From IMG/VR virus record IMGVR_UViG_3300030376_006203, positions 1-64,000 of that record: a stretch of DNA of 64,000 nt; one strand, 5' to 3'. Positions 18,702 to 27,436 of this stretch are shown here, piece by piece; the first letter of the stretch is position 1, and every line of letters starts with the position of its first letter. A model generated the notes under the pieces. That model searched no databases. It was not told the DNA's origin and saw only the letters and a program-made list of their open reading frames with translations. The translations under genes were made by a program, and so were the position numbers. Source of the stretch: a virus (lineage: Duplodnaviria; Caudoviricetes).

Positions 18702-19150
18702 TACCATTGTTCCCAAGGAAATACTATCCACTGTGGATTTTCCTCTTTGTTTATATTATAACACCAATAATCTAATGTGTCAAACTTGCTAGGTGTATTG
18801 TGTATTAATGCGGCTGTTTTTACTCTATCTTCTCCACCAAAATTTTCTCTGATGTATTTGAATGTGTTTCCTGAATCATTTATATCATCAATAATTAAAA
18901 TCTTTTTTTGAAAGGCATAGGCTTTTTCTAAATTACGCATATCTGGTTTTGCTTTGTGATCTCTCAGTCTAACATCTAACACTTCATGCGGAATATGTAA
19001 TCTATGACTCATATACACACCAGGTATACATCCACCTCTATTGATACCCATTACAACATCAGGCTCAAAGCCATCTTTACCCATTTGCTCACAAATTTTA
19101 TCCATAGCATTGCGGATTTGTATCATAGTGAAATAAACTTTATTGTCCAT
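18701..19150 (-). CDS. purine phosphoribosyltransferase (type I PRT, Gpt-like)
   Basis: GINRGG, ILIIDDINDSGNT PRPP motif, C-terminal WIVFPWE; start 19150. Confidence 0.9.
   Translation of the reverse strand: MDNKVYFTMIQIRNAMDKICEQMGKDGFEPDVVMGINRGGCIPGVYMSHRLHIPHEVLDVRLRDHKAKPDMRNLEKAYAFQKKILIIDDINDSGNTFKYIRENFGGEDRVKTAALIHNTPSKFDTLDYWCYNINKEENPQWIVFPWEQW
18755..18783 (-). promoter_or_regulatory. perfect sigma70 consensus inside PRT coding sequence
   Basis: TTGACA-17-TATAAT. Confidence 0.6.
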
Positions 19151-19539
19151 TAATAATTCTCCTCGTCTGGATTTTTTGACACGTAGTCTGCGTAACATAT
19201 TCTCCAAACATTTTTAAATTTTTGATATGCTATTTTTAATGAAGGATATTCCGCACACAATTCATCTATTTTTTCTAAACTAGGCACACTGTTTTCAAAT
19301 GGTTTTCTTATGTTGTAGTCTTCAAATGTAAAATTTTCCATTCCTTTACCAGCATCTTGCCTCATCATATCATTGATGTCCATCGTGTCAACTGTGCCTA
19401 AACTTGCTCCTGAAGGTGTGAGACCGTCTGTGGTATAACTTACTGTATAATCTTCTACTGGTGGTGCCCAACCTCCTGATATAGAATCTGTGTCTACACT
19501 CCAAATTTCTTTTTGTTTTTCATCTTTATTATCTGCCAT
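19150..19539 (-). CDS. hypothetical protein
   Basis: 129 aa ORF, GGAG SD. Confidence 0.6.
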   Translation of the reverse strand: MADNKDEKQKEIWSVDTDSISGGWAPPVEDYTVSYTTDGLTPSGASLGTVDTMDINDMMRQDAGKGMENFTFEDYNIRKPFENSVPSLEKIDELCAEYPSLKIAYQKFKNVWRICYADYVSKNPDEENY

Positions 19540-19930
19540 ACAAATTCATCTCCTGTTGAATATATCTGTTTAATTCATGATCATTTACATTTGATGGTAT
19601 TTCATTTTTGTAAAACAATCGATAACTGTCCGAACCATACTTGCCAATGCCATATAGATCAGTAGCATCAATACCGTCCCAACTTAAAAAGTCAACACTC
19701 ATATTTCGTAATCTTTTTGCTCTTACTTTGTTCATACCCAAAGGTTTAAGAATTTTTTCTTGTGTTGCTTTGCGTCCTCTTATAAAAGTAACAGCATCTG
19801 GATATTTTTTAAACAATTTAGGCAATACCGCTTTGACTTGTTTACGGTTAGTTTGATTCAAACAAATCACTCCAACCATATGTTGCCATTTGCTTTCAAC
19901 TTGTTGTTGAACCATCAAGTCGTCACGCAT
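19529..19930 (-). CDS. minimal HhH-GPD DNA glycosylase (MBD4-like)
   Basis: W..MV..ICLNQT, PLGM...RA..L, LYGIGKYGSDSY (MBD4-like HhH + Asp). Confidence 0.8.
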   Translation of the reverse strand: MRDDLMVQQQVESKWQHMVGVICLNQTNRKQVKAVLPKLFKKYPDAVTFIRGRKATQEKILKPLGMNKVRAKRLRNMSVDFLSWDGIDATDLYGIGKYGSDSYRLFYKNEIPSNVNDHELNRYIQQEMNLYGR

Positions 19931-20490
19931 TAGTATAACTCTTCTATTTTGTCACAAATTTTAAGTCGTTTTGCTTCTTTTGAAGATAACCATACGTCTT
20001 GTGGTGGAAGTAGTATTTCTCTTATCTGCTTTTCACTCATCCCAATACATTTTTTGTAGTGTTCAATCATTCTGTTTGTACTCAATTCAAACTCTTTCAC
20101 TCTTGCGTACAACTCATGTTCTTTACCAGCACTGCCCCAACTGTATTGGTGCGAAAGTATTGATGTGTTTGGTGTCAGTATTCTTTTACCTTTTTTTCCT
20201 GCTATAAAAATTAAAAATCCACAAGAAGCAATAAGTCCTAGTCCAACAGTTTTTATAGGTATACTACTTGCTTTCATTGTGTCTATTAAAGCAAAAGCGG
20301 CATGAACATCGCCACCTGGTGAATTGATTATTAATGTAAGTTGTGGTAATCTATTTTCTGCTAGGTTATGATTCATAATCCAAGTTAAACAGTTTCTACA
20401 AGATTCCATTGTAATTTCTTCCATCAAAACATAAACTCCGTTTGATGCTAGATGGTTTTGTGGTGCCGGTGATGTTCCTTTTTTAGCCAT
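19930..20490 (-). CDS. clpP: ClpP-like serine protease
   Basis: INSPGGDV, GLIASCG (Ser), ILSHQ (His), DVWLSSKEA. Confidence 0.9.
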   Translation of the reverse strand: MAKKGTSPAPQNHLASNGVYVLMEEITMESCRNCLTWIMNHNLAENRLPQLTLIINSPGGDVHAAFALIDTMKASSIPIKTVGLGLIASCGFLIFIAGKKGKRILTPNTSILSHQYSWGSAGKEHELYARVKEFELSTNRMIEHYKKCIGMSEKQIREILLPPQDVWLSSKEAKRLKICDKIEELY

Positions 20491-21559
20491 TTGATACTAC
20501 TCCATATAGTTTTTTACCTGAAAAGAATTGTTCTTTCAGTTTTGTTTTTTGTTTTAAAACAGCAGGAGCATATTTTTTATAGTTGTCCATATAGTCTTCT
20601 ATTTTAGCAATCAACTGTTTTTTATTTTTTCTATAACTTTCCATATTCTCTGTCCAATCGCTTGGGTATAAGAATTCATTCAAAGCCATTTCTTTGTAAC
20701 TTAATCTATCAGGCATCATAGGAATAACTCCTACAATGGCACCTTCATACCAACTGATACCAAGTGTTTCTTGTAAGTTAGCGGAAAACATTAATTTCGC
20801 TTGACCTAACAAGTTATGATATTCTATTTTACTTAAAGGTCTTTCTTGACACGTCACAAATTCATATTGTGGCAAACTGTTTTTTAAATCTTGAAATATA
20901 CCAGGTTGTTTTTCAGGAGCCAATCTGTGTGGAAATAAAATTACGTTTTTCTTTTCCATGTTTTGAAACATATCCAAAGTGCTTTCCATATACTCCATGG
21001 GCCAACCAACTCTGCAAACCTTGTTACCTTTTGAAGCATTTAAACCTACATACTGTTCTGCTTTTGTAAATGTTTCACAAAATAAGTCAATATGAAAGTC
21101 TGTAGCAAAAAAGTTATTATCAAACACATCAAACATTGCTTGTTCAGTGTTTCTTACCCAGTCAGCATTGCCAATCAATCTACCTAAGAAATCTTGTGGA
21201 TCATATGAACCGGCGTGCCACATACCACCTATTTTAATTTTTACTTTTAATAATTCTGCCATATACTTCAGTTGTAACACAGTTGGATTCCATGCATCTG
21301 TGTATAAGAAGTAATCACCATCTTTAACTTTGCCTTCACAAAACAATGTTCCTATCTGTTCCATTTGATTGGATTTGTAAACATTAGTACCACCAAAATT
21401 TAAAAATGCACCTGGAGTGGTTGCTTGTGGTGTGTCTCCACCACTGATAGTGACCACTTCATGATTGGTTGCTTTTTTAATCTGTCGAGGCAAGTGCGTC
21501 TTCCACTCTTTGGTGTATCTTGTATCAACTGCTTCTAAATCTACAATATAAATTGTCAT
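20483..21559 (-). CDS. GT-B fold glycosyltransferase (GT4-like)
   Basis: HRLAPEKQ and ETLGISWYE (Ex7E) motifs. Confidence 0.8.
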   Translation of the reverse strand: MTIYIVDLEAVDTRYTKEWKTHLPRQIKKATNHEVVTISGGDTPQATTPGAFLNFGGTNVYKSNQMEQIGTLFCEGKVKDGDYFLYTDAWNPTVLQLKYMAELLKVKIKIGGMWHAGSYDPQDFLGRLIGNADWVRNTEQAMFDVFDNNFFATDFHIDLFCETFTKAEQYVGLNASKGNKVCRVGWPMEYMESTLDMFQNMEKKNVILFPHRLAPEKQPGIFQDLKNSLPQYEFVTCQERPLSKIEYHNLLGQAKLMFSANLQETLGISWYEGAIVGVIPMMPDRLSYKEMALNEFLYPSDWTENMESYRKNKKQLIAKIEDYMDNYKKYAPAVLKQKTKLKEQFFSGKKLYGVVSNG

Positions 21560-21723
21560 TTGTTGTCCATGTTTAATACTACTGTGAGTCCTGCAAATGC
21601 CATGAAGGCTAGGAAATAGATATCACTCCATGTCTCATTCCCGCCATTTAGACCAGGCATAGGCATAGTGATACTATAACCTACCAAACACACAAAAGCA
21701 ATAATACCTGAAATATAACTCAA
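21556..21723 (-). CDS. 55 aa two-TM membrane protein (not in ORF track)
   Basis: TTG start after GGAG SD; MSYISGIIAFVCLVGYSITMPMPGLNGGNETWSDIYFLAFMAFAGLTVVLNMDNK; ATGA overlap with GT. Confidence 0.6.
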   Translation of the reverse strand: MSYISGIIAFVCLVGYSITMPMPGLNGGNETWSDIYFLAFMAFAGLTVVLNMDNK

Positions 21724-21726
21724 ATA

Positions 21727-22110
21727 TTACTCCTTATGGTAAATGATTTCACTCCCATTTTCACCATCCTCACTAACATTAATAATAACGTCTCTTCCTG
21801 GATATTTTTTACCAATTTCTTCAGCCAGGTCGTCACTCATCATTTCGCAAGATTTATAATCTAATTGTAAAGTCTTTTCAGCATACAATTTTTCTAACCA
21901 TCTTTTGAACTGAATAAATTCTATATCTCTATCGTTGTGAAATACTTCGATCTCTACTTTAAAATGAAATATATGTCTGTGAGGGTAGCCTAAAAAAGAC
22001 ACATCATATTCATCACCTGTTGCTAATTTTGGATCATCCAATGCCGCAGGATATTTGTGAATGCCTTCTTTTTTAAATGTTACCCATATAAATGTTTTAT
22101 GTTTATTCAT
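21727..22110 (-). CDS. QueD-paralogue T-fold protein (DpdL-like)
   Basis: EGIH, LGYPHRHIF (LxxxHRHxF instead of CxxxHGH), SCEM, VSEDGENG. Confidence 0.7.
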   Translation of the reverse strand: MNKHKTFIWVTFKKEGIHKYPAALDDPKLATGDEYDVSFLGYPHRHIFHFKVEIEVFHNDRDIEFIQFKRWLEKLYAEKTLQLDYKSCEMMSDDLAEEIGKKYPGRDVIINVSEDGENGSEIIYHKE

Positions 22111-22115
22111 AGTAT

Positions 22116-22144
22116 ATTATAGCAATTTTATTCGTCATTGTCAA
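22116..22144 (-). promoter_or_regulatory. sigma70-like promoter, probably leaderless
   Basis: TTGACA-17-TATAAT, 5 nt before ATG 22110. Confidence 0.75.
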
Positions 22145-22655
22145 CGTCAATTACTGTGTCTCCTACATATTCTTTCCAATCTGTATAGTGCATGGCATCT
22201 GTTATTTCTTTTAGGTTTCTACTCCAAACTCCTGTGTTTGAATGTCCCCAAGTCACATCATCTATCTTCAGTGTCGCATTTCCATTAATCTTATAGATGT
22301 TTGGAATTTTGGCACTTATCATTGGAATGAATTTTTTGCTACTCATTAAACCTGTGGCTGTAACTTGTTCCATGTACTCGATACCAAAATCAAGTGTTAT
22401 CCAAAAATCTTTATCTAATAAAGACTTCATCATGTCTACCCAAGGTTTTAAATCTTCTTCTTTATTAATCACAAAACTTTGACTTGTTCCAAAGTAAATG
22501 TGTTTCGCATTGTGTTCAGTTGCTAATTTGGCTATTTCATCTACGGGTCTAGTACCTACAACAAAAAGTGTTTGCCAACCTTTTGCCACTGTGTTTTCAA
22601 TTTCTGTACCTGTAAAATAGATAACCTGTTTTCTTTTCGCTGTGTCTAAAGCCAT
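22128..22655 (-). CDS. conserved hypothetical protein in deazaguanine cluster
   Basis: YFTGTEIE..TLFVVG..HIYFG..KIDD....NTGVW; start moved to ATG 22655. Confidence 0.7.
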   Translation of the reverse strand: MALDTAKRKQVIYFTGTEIENTVAKGWQTLFVVGTRPVDEIAKLATEHNAKHIYFGTSQSFVINKEEDLKPWVDMMKSLLDKDFWITLDFGIEYMEQVTATGLMSSKKFIPMISAKIPNIYKINGNATLKIDDVTWGHSNTGVWSRNLKEITDAMHYTDWKEYVGDTVIDVDNDE

Positions 22656-23548
22656 TCTATATATCCTCTGCTGTAACCTGGCATTCTTTGATTGCCTTCT
22701 TTGAAAGCATCTTGCCATTCTGTTTTTCTATCATATCCTTTGCTCCAAAATTTATCTACATTAAGAGCCTCTTTTTCAATCATGTTCACAGCCATCTTCA
22801 TACAACGTTGAAAGTTTTGTTGTCTAGGTGATGGAAATATCACTGTCACTGCGTTCCATAAAAGTTTGCTAAAAGACGTTGTAATTTTGCTTGTTTTTTC
22901 TGCTCCTATCACAAGTAATCCTTGTGGTTTAATTATATCTCTAGTAAACACTTCGTCTCTAGTATTCAAATCTATTACAATATCATAAGTTCCTTCAAAA
23001 TTATCTTTCAAGTTTTTACCCCAACGTTCTTTATTGTGATTGCCTATTACATCTATTTCAAAGAAATAATTGGCACTTAAATATTGATATACTACCCAAG
23101 AAAGAAAACCACTGCCTATTATAGCAATTCTTGATTCTTTATTATTACGTTTTTCAAACTGTTCTTCTTCCTGCATGACTACATTCAAACCACAAGCAAC
23201 TGGCTCTATGATGTATTTAGGGTCTGCTTCAGGAACACTTACATAAGTTCCTTTGTCAGCATTGTATTGGTCGGCATACGCAGGCTCGCCTCTTGTTGCT
23301 ACATAATCACCTACTTCTATATCTTTTACATCAGCACCTATTTCTAATACTTCACCTAAACCTTCATGTCCCTGCATATTCAATGGTAGTGGACCAAAGT
23401 CACCGTTCATCATGTCTATATCACTTCTACAAACACCTGTATAGATACTTTTTACTCTTATCTGATCAGACTTTATATCAGGCACTTCGAAGTCGCTTTC
23501 TTCGAATGTTCCATTGCCTTTAGTGTGTAATATTTTTACTTTTGTCAT
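22646..23548 (-). CDS. MDR-family (Zn alcohol/sugar dehydrogenase-like) oxidoreductase
   Basis: GVCRSD, GHEGLG, EPVAC, GSGFLS; no 4-Cys structural Zn loop. Confidence 0.85.
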   Translation of the reverse strand: MTKVKILHTKGNGTFEESDFEVPDIKSDQIRVKSIYTGVCRSDIDMMNGDFGPLPLNMQGHEGLGEVLEIGADVKDIEVGDYVATRGEPAYADQYNADKGTYVSVPEADPKYIIEPVACGLNVVMQEEEQFEKRNNKESRIAIIGSGFLSWVVYQYLSANYFFEIDVIGNHNKERWGKNLKDNFEGTYDIVIDLNTRDEVFTRDIIKPQGLLVIGAEKTSKITTSFSKLLWNAVTVIFPSPRQQNFQRCMKMAVNMIEKEALNVDKFWSKGYDRKTEWQDAFKEGNQRMPGYSRGYIEWL

Positions 23549-24431
23549 TAATTTTTTCCTGAATCCATAAATCTTGTTCTAGTTGATTATTCCAAAACAT
23601 ATCATCATCTAAATGTATCAAACAATCTTTAATCATATTTTCATATGCTTCTTCTGGACATAATCCTAATTCAATAGATTTTAAATGCGACTCGCCATTT
23701 TTATAAAAATGTACTGCGACATCATCCATCAAATTGCTTTTCCAGTTGGCATATAGTATATAGGTTTTTTCACCATCTGTCAATTCCATTACTGCCGAAT
23801 CGTCGACATCATACACTCCGTCTTTCTTTACTACACCATAATCAGTGCCGGTACAATCATTAAGATTCCATCTTTGTTCTAATCTATACTTCTGTGTTCT
23901 AAAATCATGAAATGTGTTTTTGTTTGCTGAAATCATTATGCTCATTAAGTGAGGCAAAAGGTCTCTACTTACTCCGCCAAATGCTTTGCTTTTATTTGTA
24001 AACCATGTTCCTGGTCCAGGAATTCTATTTTTGTTCACCCAATTAATCTGTATCATATCACTCGCTTCACAATTTTCTGCTATCTGTTTAATATTGCTTC
24101 TCCATTGATTGTTCTTTGTCATCATAAATCTTGTTGATTTATTTAGGTTCGTAAGCAATCGCCAATGATTAATTGTTTCAACTCCTGGCTTTTCTACAAA
24201 TACAATCTTTGTGTGATCCGCTACCTTAAGTGCAGTTTTGTAATGTAAATGATTTGGCACACAAATATGAGCCGTATCAAAAGGTGTATGTGCTTGAATG
24301 GCTGTTGTCAGTTCCGTAAAATCTGCTTTGGCATCAGGATTTATATCTACAGTAATAACTTCATGTCCCATCCTTTTAAGAATGTTCACGTACAACTGTC
24401 CGAAACCTAATCCAACAACCAAACTTTTCAT
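23520..24431 (-). CDS. Gfo/Idh/MocA family oxidoreductase
   Basis: VVGLGFG, PNHLH, VEKPG, GGVSRDLLPH. Confidence 0.85.
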   Translation of the reverse strand: MKSLVVGLGFGQLYVNILKRMGHEVITVDINPDAKADFTELTTAIQAHTPFDTAHICVPNHLHYKTALKVADHTKIVFVEKPGVETINHWRLLTNLNKSTRFMMTKNNQWRSNIKQIAENCEASDMIQINWVNKNRIPGPGTWFTNKSKAFGGVSRDLLPHLMSIMISANKNTFHDFRTQKYRLEQRWNLNDCTGTDYGVVKKDGVYDVDDSAVMELTDGEKTYILYANWKSNLMDDVAVHFYKNGESHLKSIELGLCPEEAYENMIKDCLIHLDDDMFWNNQLEQDLWIQEKINDKSKNITH

Positions 24432-24434
24432 AAC

Positions 24435-24623
24435 CTATAATGTTTCCTGCATTTTTTTCAACTGTGTTTTTAAAAACAGTTTCATTTTTTTGAATCTTAA
24501 CAGAAGTGCTTTTCCGTCCCATGACCTATCATAAGAACGTTCTGACTCCATTTGATCCACTTTGCCTTTGTACCAAAGGTATTCTTTTTCGATTGCTTTT
24601 ACCTTTTTGCTTTTTTTTGCCAT
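24435..24623 (-). CDS. small basic hypothetical protein
   Basis: MAKKSKK start after GAGGAGG SD. Confidence 0.6.
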   Translation of the reverse strand: MAKKSKKVKAIEKEYLWYKGKVDQMESERSYDRSWDGKALLLRFKKMKLFLKTQLKKMQETL

Positions 24624-24624
24624 A

Positions 24625-26103
24625 TTATGCCTCCTCAAATAAATTAGAAAACTGTGTACTTGCGTTCACAGTCTTTTTACCTGTTGCACCTCTAGTGCCA
24701 ATAATTGACATCCAGAATCTTGAAAACTCTTCTATAACCATGTTAGCCTCATCTCTACTGCTTGTGGCGAACACAGCATTTACAATATCTTTGAAAGCAA
24801 TTCTATCAAATTTTTCTTCAACTAGCATTTTAGGATTTAAACCTTCATCATATTTTCTATTTGCTTCTTGTACTGCTGAAATATGTGTCCAAACATTGTG
24901 TGCCATTTGTAGTGTATAACTGAATGAATCCCAAGAAGTTTTACCTTCGTTACCCATTTTGTTTAAATCACCAGGTTTGTAACAAGTAATATCTTTAAGC
25001 ATTAATCTTTTGCTGATAGCACTGTCCATAAAATTATCAAAGATGCCTTTTTCTAAAACAGCATCTCTAAACAATTTTGTTTCAGATGCGAAATCTTTAT
25101 TATCAACACTTGGTTGCATTCTATAAGTCCATTTCTTTTTGTCCTCTATCTCAATGTCAGTGTAAATTTGTCCATTGGCACTTGCTAAAAATGGCGAAGC
25201 ACAATCAAATGTTATCATAAAGTTTTCATTGTGATACTTTCTGATTGCTCTTTGAACATCTGTTAGTAGCACTGCCCACTCTAATTTACTTGTACCTAGG
25301 AAGTGCATCACATCATGTACGCCTTTTTCTAGTAATCCATCAAATCTTAATGCTACCAAACGTTTCAATGCCAAGTGTATATCACACATATTTTGACCAC
25401 CCATTGCCCAACCATTGAAGTGTGTGCTAGGAAATTGTTTAGGATCGCAATAGTGTTTCATTTGCGTGTACCAATCATCTGCTTGTTGAAAGTTTTCACC
25501 TTGTAGTACATTTAAAAATTTACAATTACCATTTCTGTTTTTCATAAAATAATCATTGTTAATTTTTGTACCATCAACTGCTTCTTGATATGAACTTATT
25601 TTACTTGCCGCCGCACCCGCAGGAGAACGAGATACCCAAGCAGGTATATCAAGTATCATACCATAGTCCATGTTGCCATCCATAAACGACAACACTTGTT
25701 CACGTTTCTTTTTTGCTTTAGGACAGTTAGGATCTTTCCAGTCACCTTCCCAAACACCTTTACCTATTTGGAAACCACCTGAGTCACCTAGTACCCAATT
25801 ATCTTTTCTATCTCTGTTTCTTATGATATCATCTCTTACAGAAAAGTGATCCATGTTTAAGTCGGCGTGTCCTGCCGAATACAAATGCCACTTGTAATAG
25901 AAATAAGTATCTTTGGAACTCATATAGTTCATACCTTCAACACCATGTTCAAAGTTTTGTGGAACTCTTTCAGGTTTGATGTAGTCTTCTTGATGTCTTG
26001 CTTTACCAAGATCCCTAGCATAAAAACTGCTCAAAGCAGGAAGAAAAGTTGCGTAGTCCTTCTGCTTTTCAGTTAGGTTGTCAGTAGGTATGTTTTGTGC
26101 CAT
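24625..26103 (-). CDS. dpdA: TGT-fold 7-deazaguanine DNA transglycosylase (DpdA-like)
   Basis: DSGGFQ, MILDIP, NVLQG, MHFLG, TFDCASP TGT motifs; no tRNA-TGT Zn-binding Cys cluster; context with folE/queE. Confidence 0.75.
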   Translation of the reverse strand: MAQNIPTDNLTEKQKDYATFLPALSSFYARDLGKARHQEDYIKPERVPQNFEHGVEGMNYMSSKDTYFYYKWHLYSAGHADLNMDHFSVRDDIIRNRDRKDNWVLGDSGGFQIGKGVWEGDWKDPNCPKAKKKREQVLSFMDGNMDYGMILDIPAWVSRSPAGAAASKISSYQEAVDGTKINNDYFMKNRNGNCKFLNVLQGENFQQADDWYTQMKHYCDPKQFPSTHFNGWAMGGQNMCDIHLALKRLVALRFDGLLEKGVHDVMHFLGTSKLEWAVLLTDVQRAIRKYHNENFMITFDCASPFLASANGQIYTDIEIEDKKKWTYRMQPSVDNKDFASETKLFRDAVLEKGIFDNFMDSAISKRLMLKDITCYKPGDLNKMGNEGKTSWDSFSYTLQMAHNVWTHISAVQEANRKYDEGLNPKMLVEEKFDRIAFKDIVNAVFATSSRDEANMVIEEFSRFWMSIIGTRGATGKKTVNASTQFSNLFEEA

Positions 26104-26106
26104 AAG

Positions 26107-26835
26107 TTACTTTGTTTGTGCTGGTAATATGTAATTGTATTCACCAATTCCACTATCAACAGTAATCTGCATTGCTCCTTGATCAGAAATACTCATTTTA
26201 GATTTTCCATCAAGACTTAAAATGCTTATCACTTGTTGTATCGGCCAACTCCAAGTATTTTTTAATTCACCTTTTACATCAGATTCAAATACAAATGAAC
26301 CTGCGTGTGAATTAGCATCACCAAAATAAAACACAAGATTGTTGTCTTCTGTTTTAACAGTAAACACAGTTTCTTCAACGTGTGCCGCCGCTTGTAGTTT
26401 TAATCTTTGTATTGCCGCCAATTTAGGTTCAAAGTCAATATCCCAATTAGATCCTTTGAATTTCACAGATTTTAATTTTTCATTAATAATTTCAGTACTC
26501 ATAAATCTGTAATCATTTTTAAAATCACCACCTTTGTTTTCAAAGTGAATATGTGTTGGAATAGTTTTGCCATTTCTTTCTGCTGACTTAACTTCTATTT
26601 TTGCTTCTTTTTGATACTCTGGACATTTTAAATGTAAAGCCAGTTTATCTAAATTAGGCATACCAAACACACCATCAAATTCATTTACTTTGTTGTTTGT
26701 GTTTGCGGAAAGAATTACTGATCTGTCTTCAGCCATACTTTCAATTTTTGTTTGTTCTTCATTGCTTACTTTTACAAGGCTAAGAAATCCTAGCGAATGT
26801 GTATGAGCAACGATGTCTTGTAAGATATCTTTCAT
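26107..26835 (-). CDS. DNA sliding clamp (gp45/PCNA-like)
   Basis: 242 aa two-domain beta/alpha pattern, C-term YNYILPAQ, adjacent to polB; no hard motif. Confidence 0.6.
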   Translation of the reverse strand: MKDILQDIVAHTHSLGFLSLVKVSNEEQTKIESMAEDRSVILSANTNNKVNEFDGVFGMPNLDKLALHLKCPEYQKEAKIEVKSAERNGKTIPTHIHFENKGGDFKNDYRFMSTEIINEKLKSVKFKGSNWDIDFEPKLAAIQRLKLQAAAHVEETVFTVKTEDNNLVFYFGDANSHAGSFVFESDVKGELKNTWSWPIQQVISILSLDGKSKMSISDQGAMQITVDSGIGEYNYILPAQTK

Positions 26836-26855
26836 ATTGTTCTCCTGTTTGTTAT

Positions 26856-26884
26856 ATTATATTTAGGTTTTGACGAAAAGTCAA
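26856..26884 (-). promoter_or_regulatory. sigma70-like promoter
   Basis: TTGACT-17-TATAAT, AGGAG SD; could drive clamp-dpdA-oxidoreductases. Confidence 0.75.
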
Positions 26885-26887
26885 TGT

Positions 26888-27436
26888 TTATTTGTTCCAT
26901 CTTGACTTTACTCCAAAATGTTTATAAGCCTTCTGCACACTTTTGGCTTGAAAATAACAATCAGCCAATGCGTTGTGTAGTGACATCTGTATGTCTTTTC
27001 TTGGATCTTTTGGTAACATATTGAATAGAGTTCGTGAATCTCTAATTTGCCAATAGTTCCAAGGTACTGGTTGTCCCATTTGGGCATACAAATTCTGTAG
27101 AATGGCGTAATCAAAAAGAGGTCCTTGACACCAAAGTTCATCTAGACCTACACACCATTTGTTAAGTTGTTTTACCATTTCATTCAAAGGCACTCTATCC
27201 TCATCTCCGAGTGCTTCATCTCTAATTTTTTCATCTTGTTTACCCCACCATTCTAAAGTGCCATCGTCTATATGACGACCAAGTTCACTCTGTTCATCTA
27301 CATTAACTCTAAGGTATAATCCAGTATGTGGTTCTTCATTTGAATATGGATCAAATTTTATAGCACCTAAAGTCAATACAGTGGCATCGGGTCTTGTGCT
27401 TAATGTTTCCAAGTCTATCATTCCATGTACAGCCAT
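26888..27436 (-). CDS. DEDDh 3'-5' exonuclease (DexA/Rv2179c-like)
   Basis: IDLETL, FD..IL, RDSRT, HNALAD. Confidence 0.85.
   Translation of the reverse strand: MAVHGMIDLETLSTRPDATVLTLGAIKFDPYSNEEPHTGLYLRVNVDEQSELGRHIDDGTLEWWGKQDEKIRDEALGDEDRVPLNEMVKQLNKWCVGLDELWCQGPLFDYAILQNLYAQMGQPVPWNYWQIRDSRTLFNMLPKDPRKDIQMSLHNALADCYFQAKSVQKAYKHFGVKSRWNK

Noticed and set aside
21727-22110. Calling this gene canonical queD
   Set aside because: It lacks the CxxxHGH motif and has LxxxHRHxF instead
24625-26103. Calling this a tRNA-guanine transglycosylase (tgt)
   Set aside because: No C-terminal Zn-binding CxCxxC motif of bacterial tRNA TGT; position next to the clamp and polB favours a DNA-acting enzyme, though this is untested
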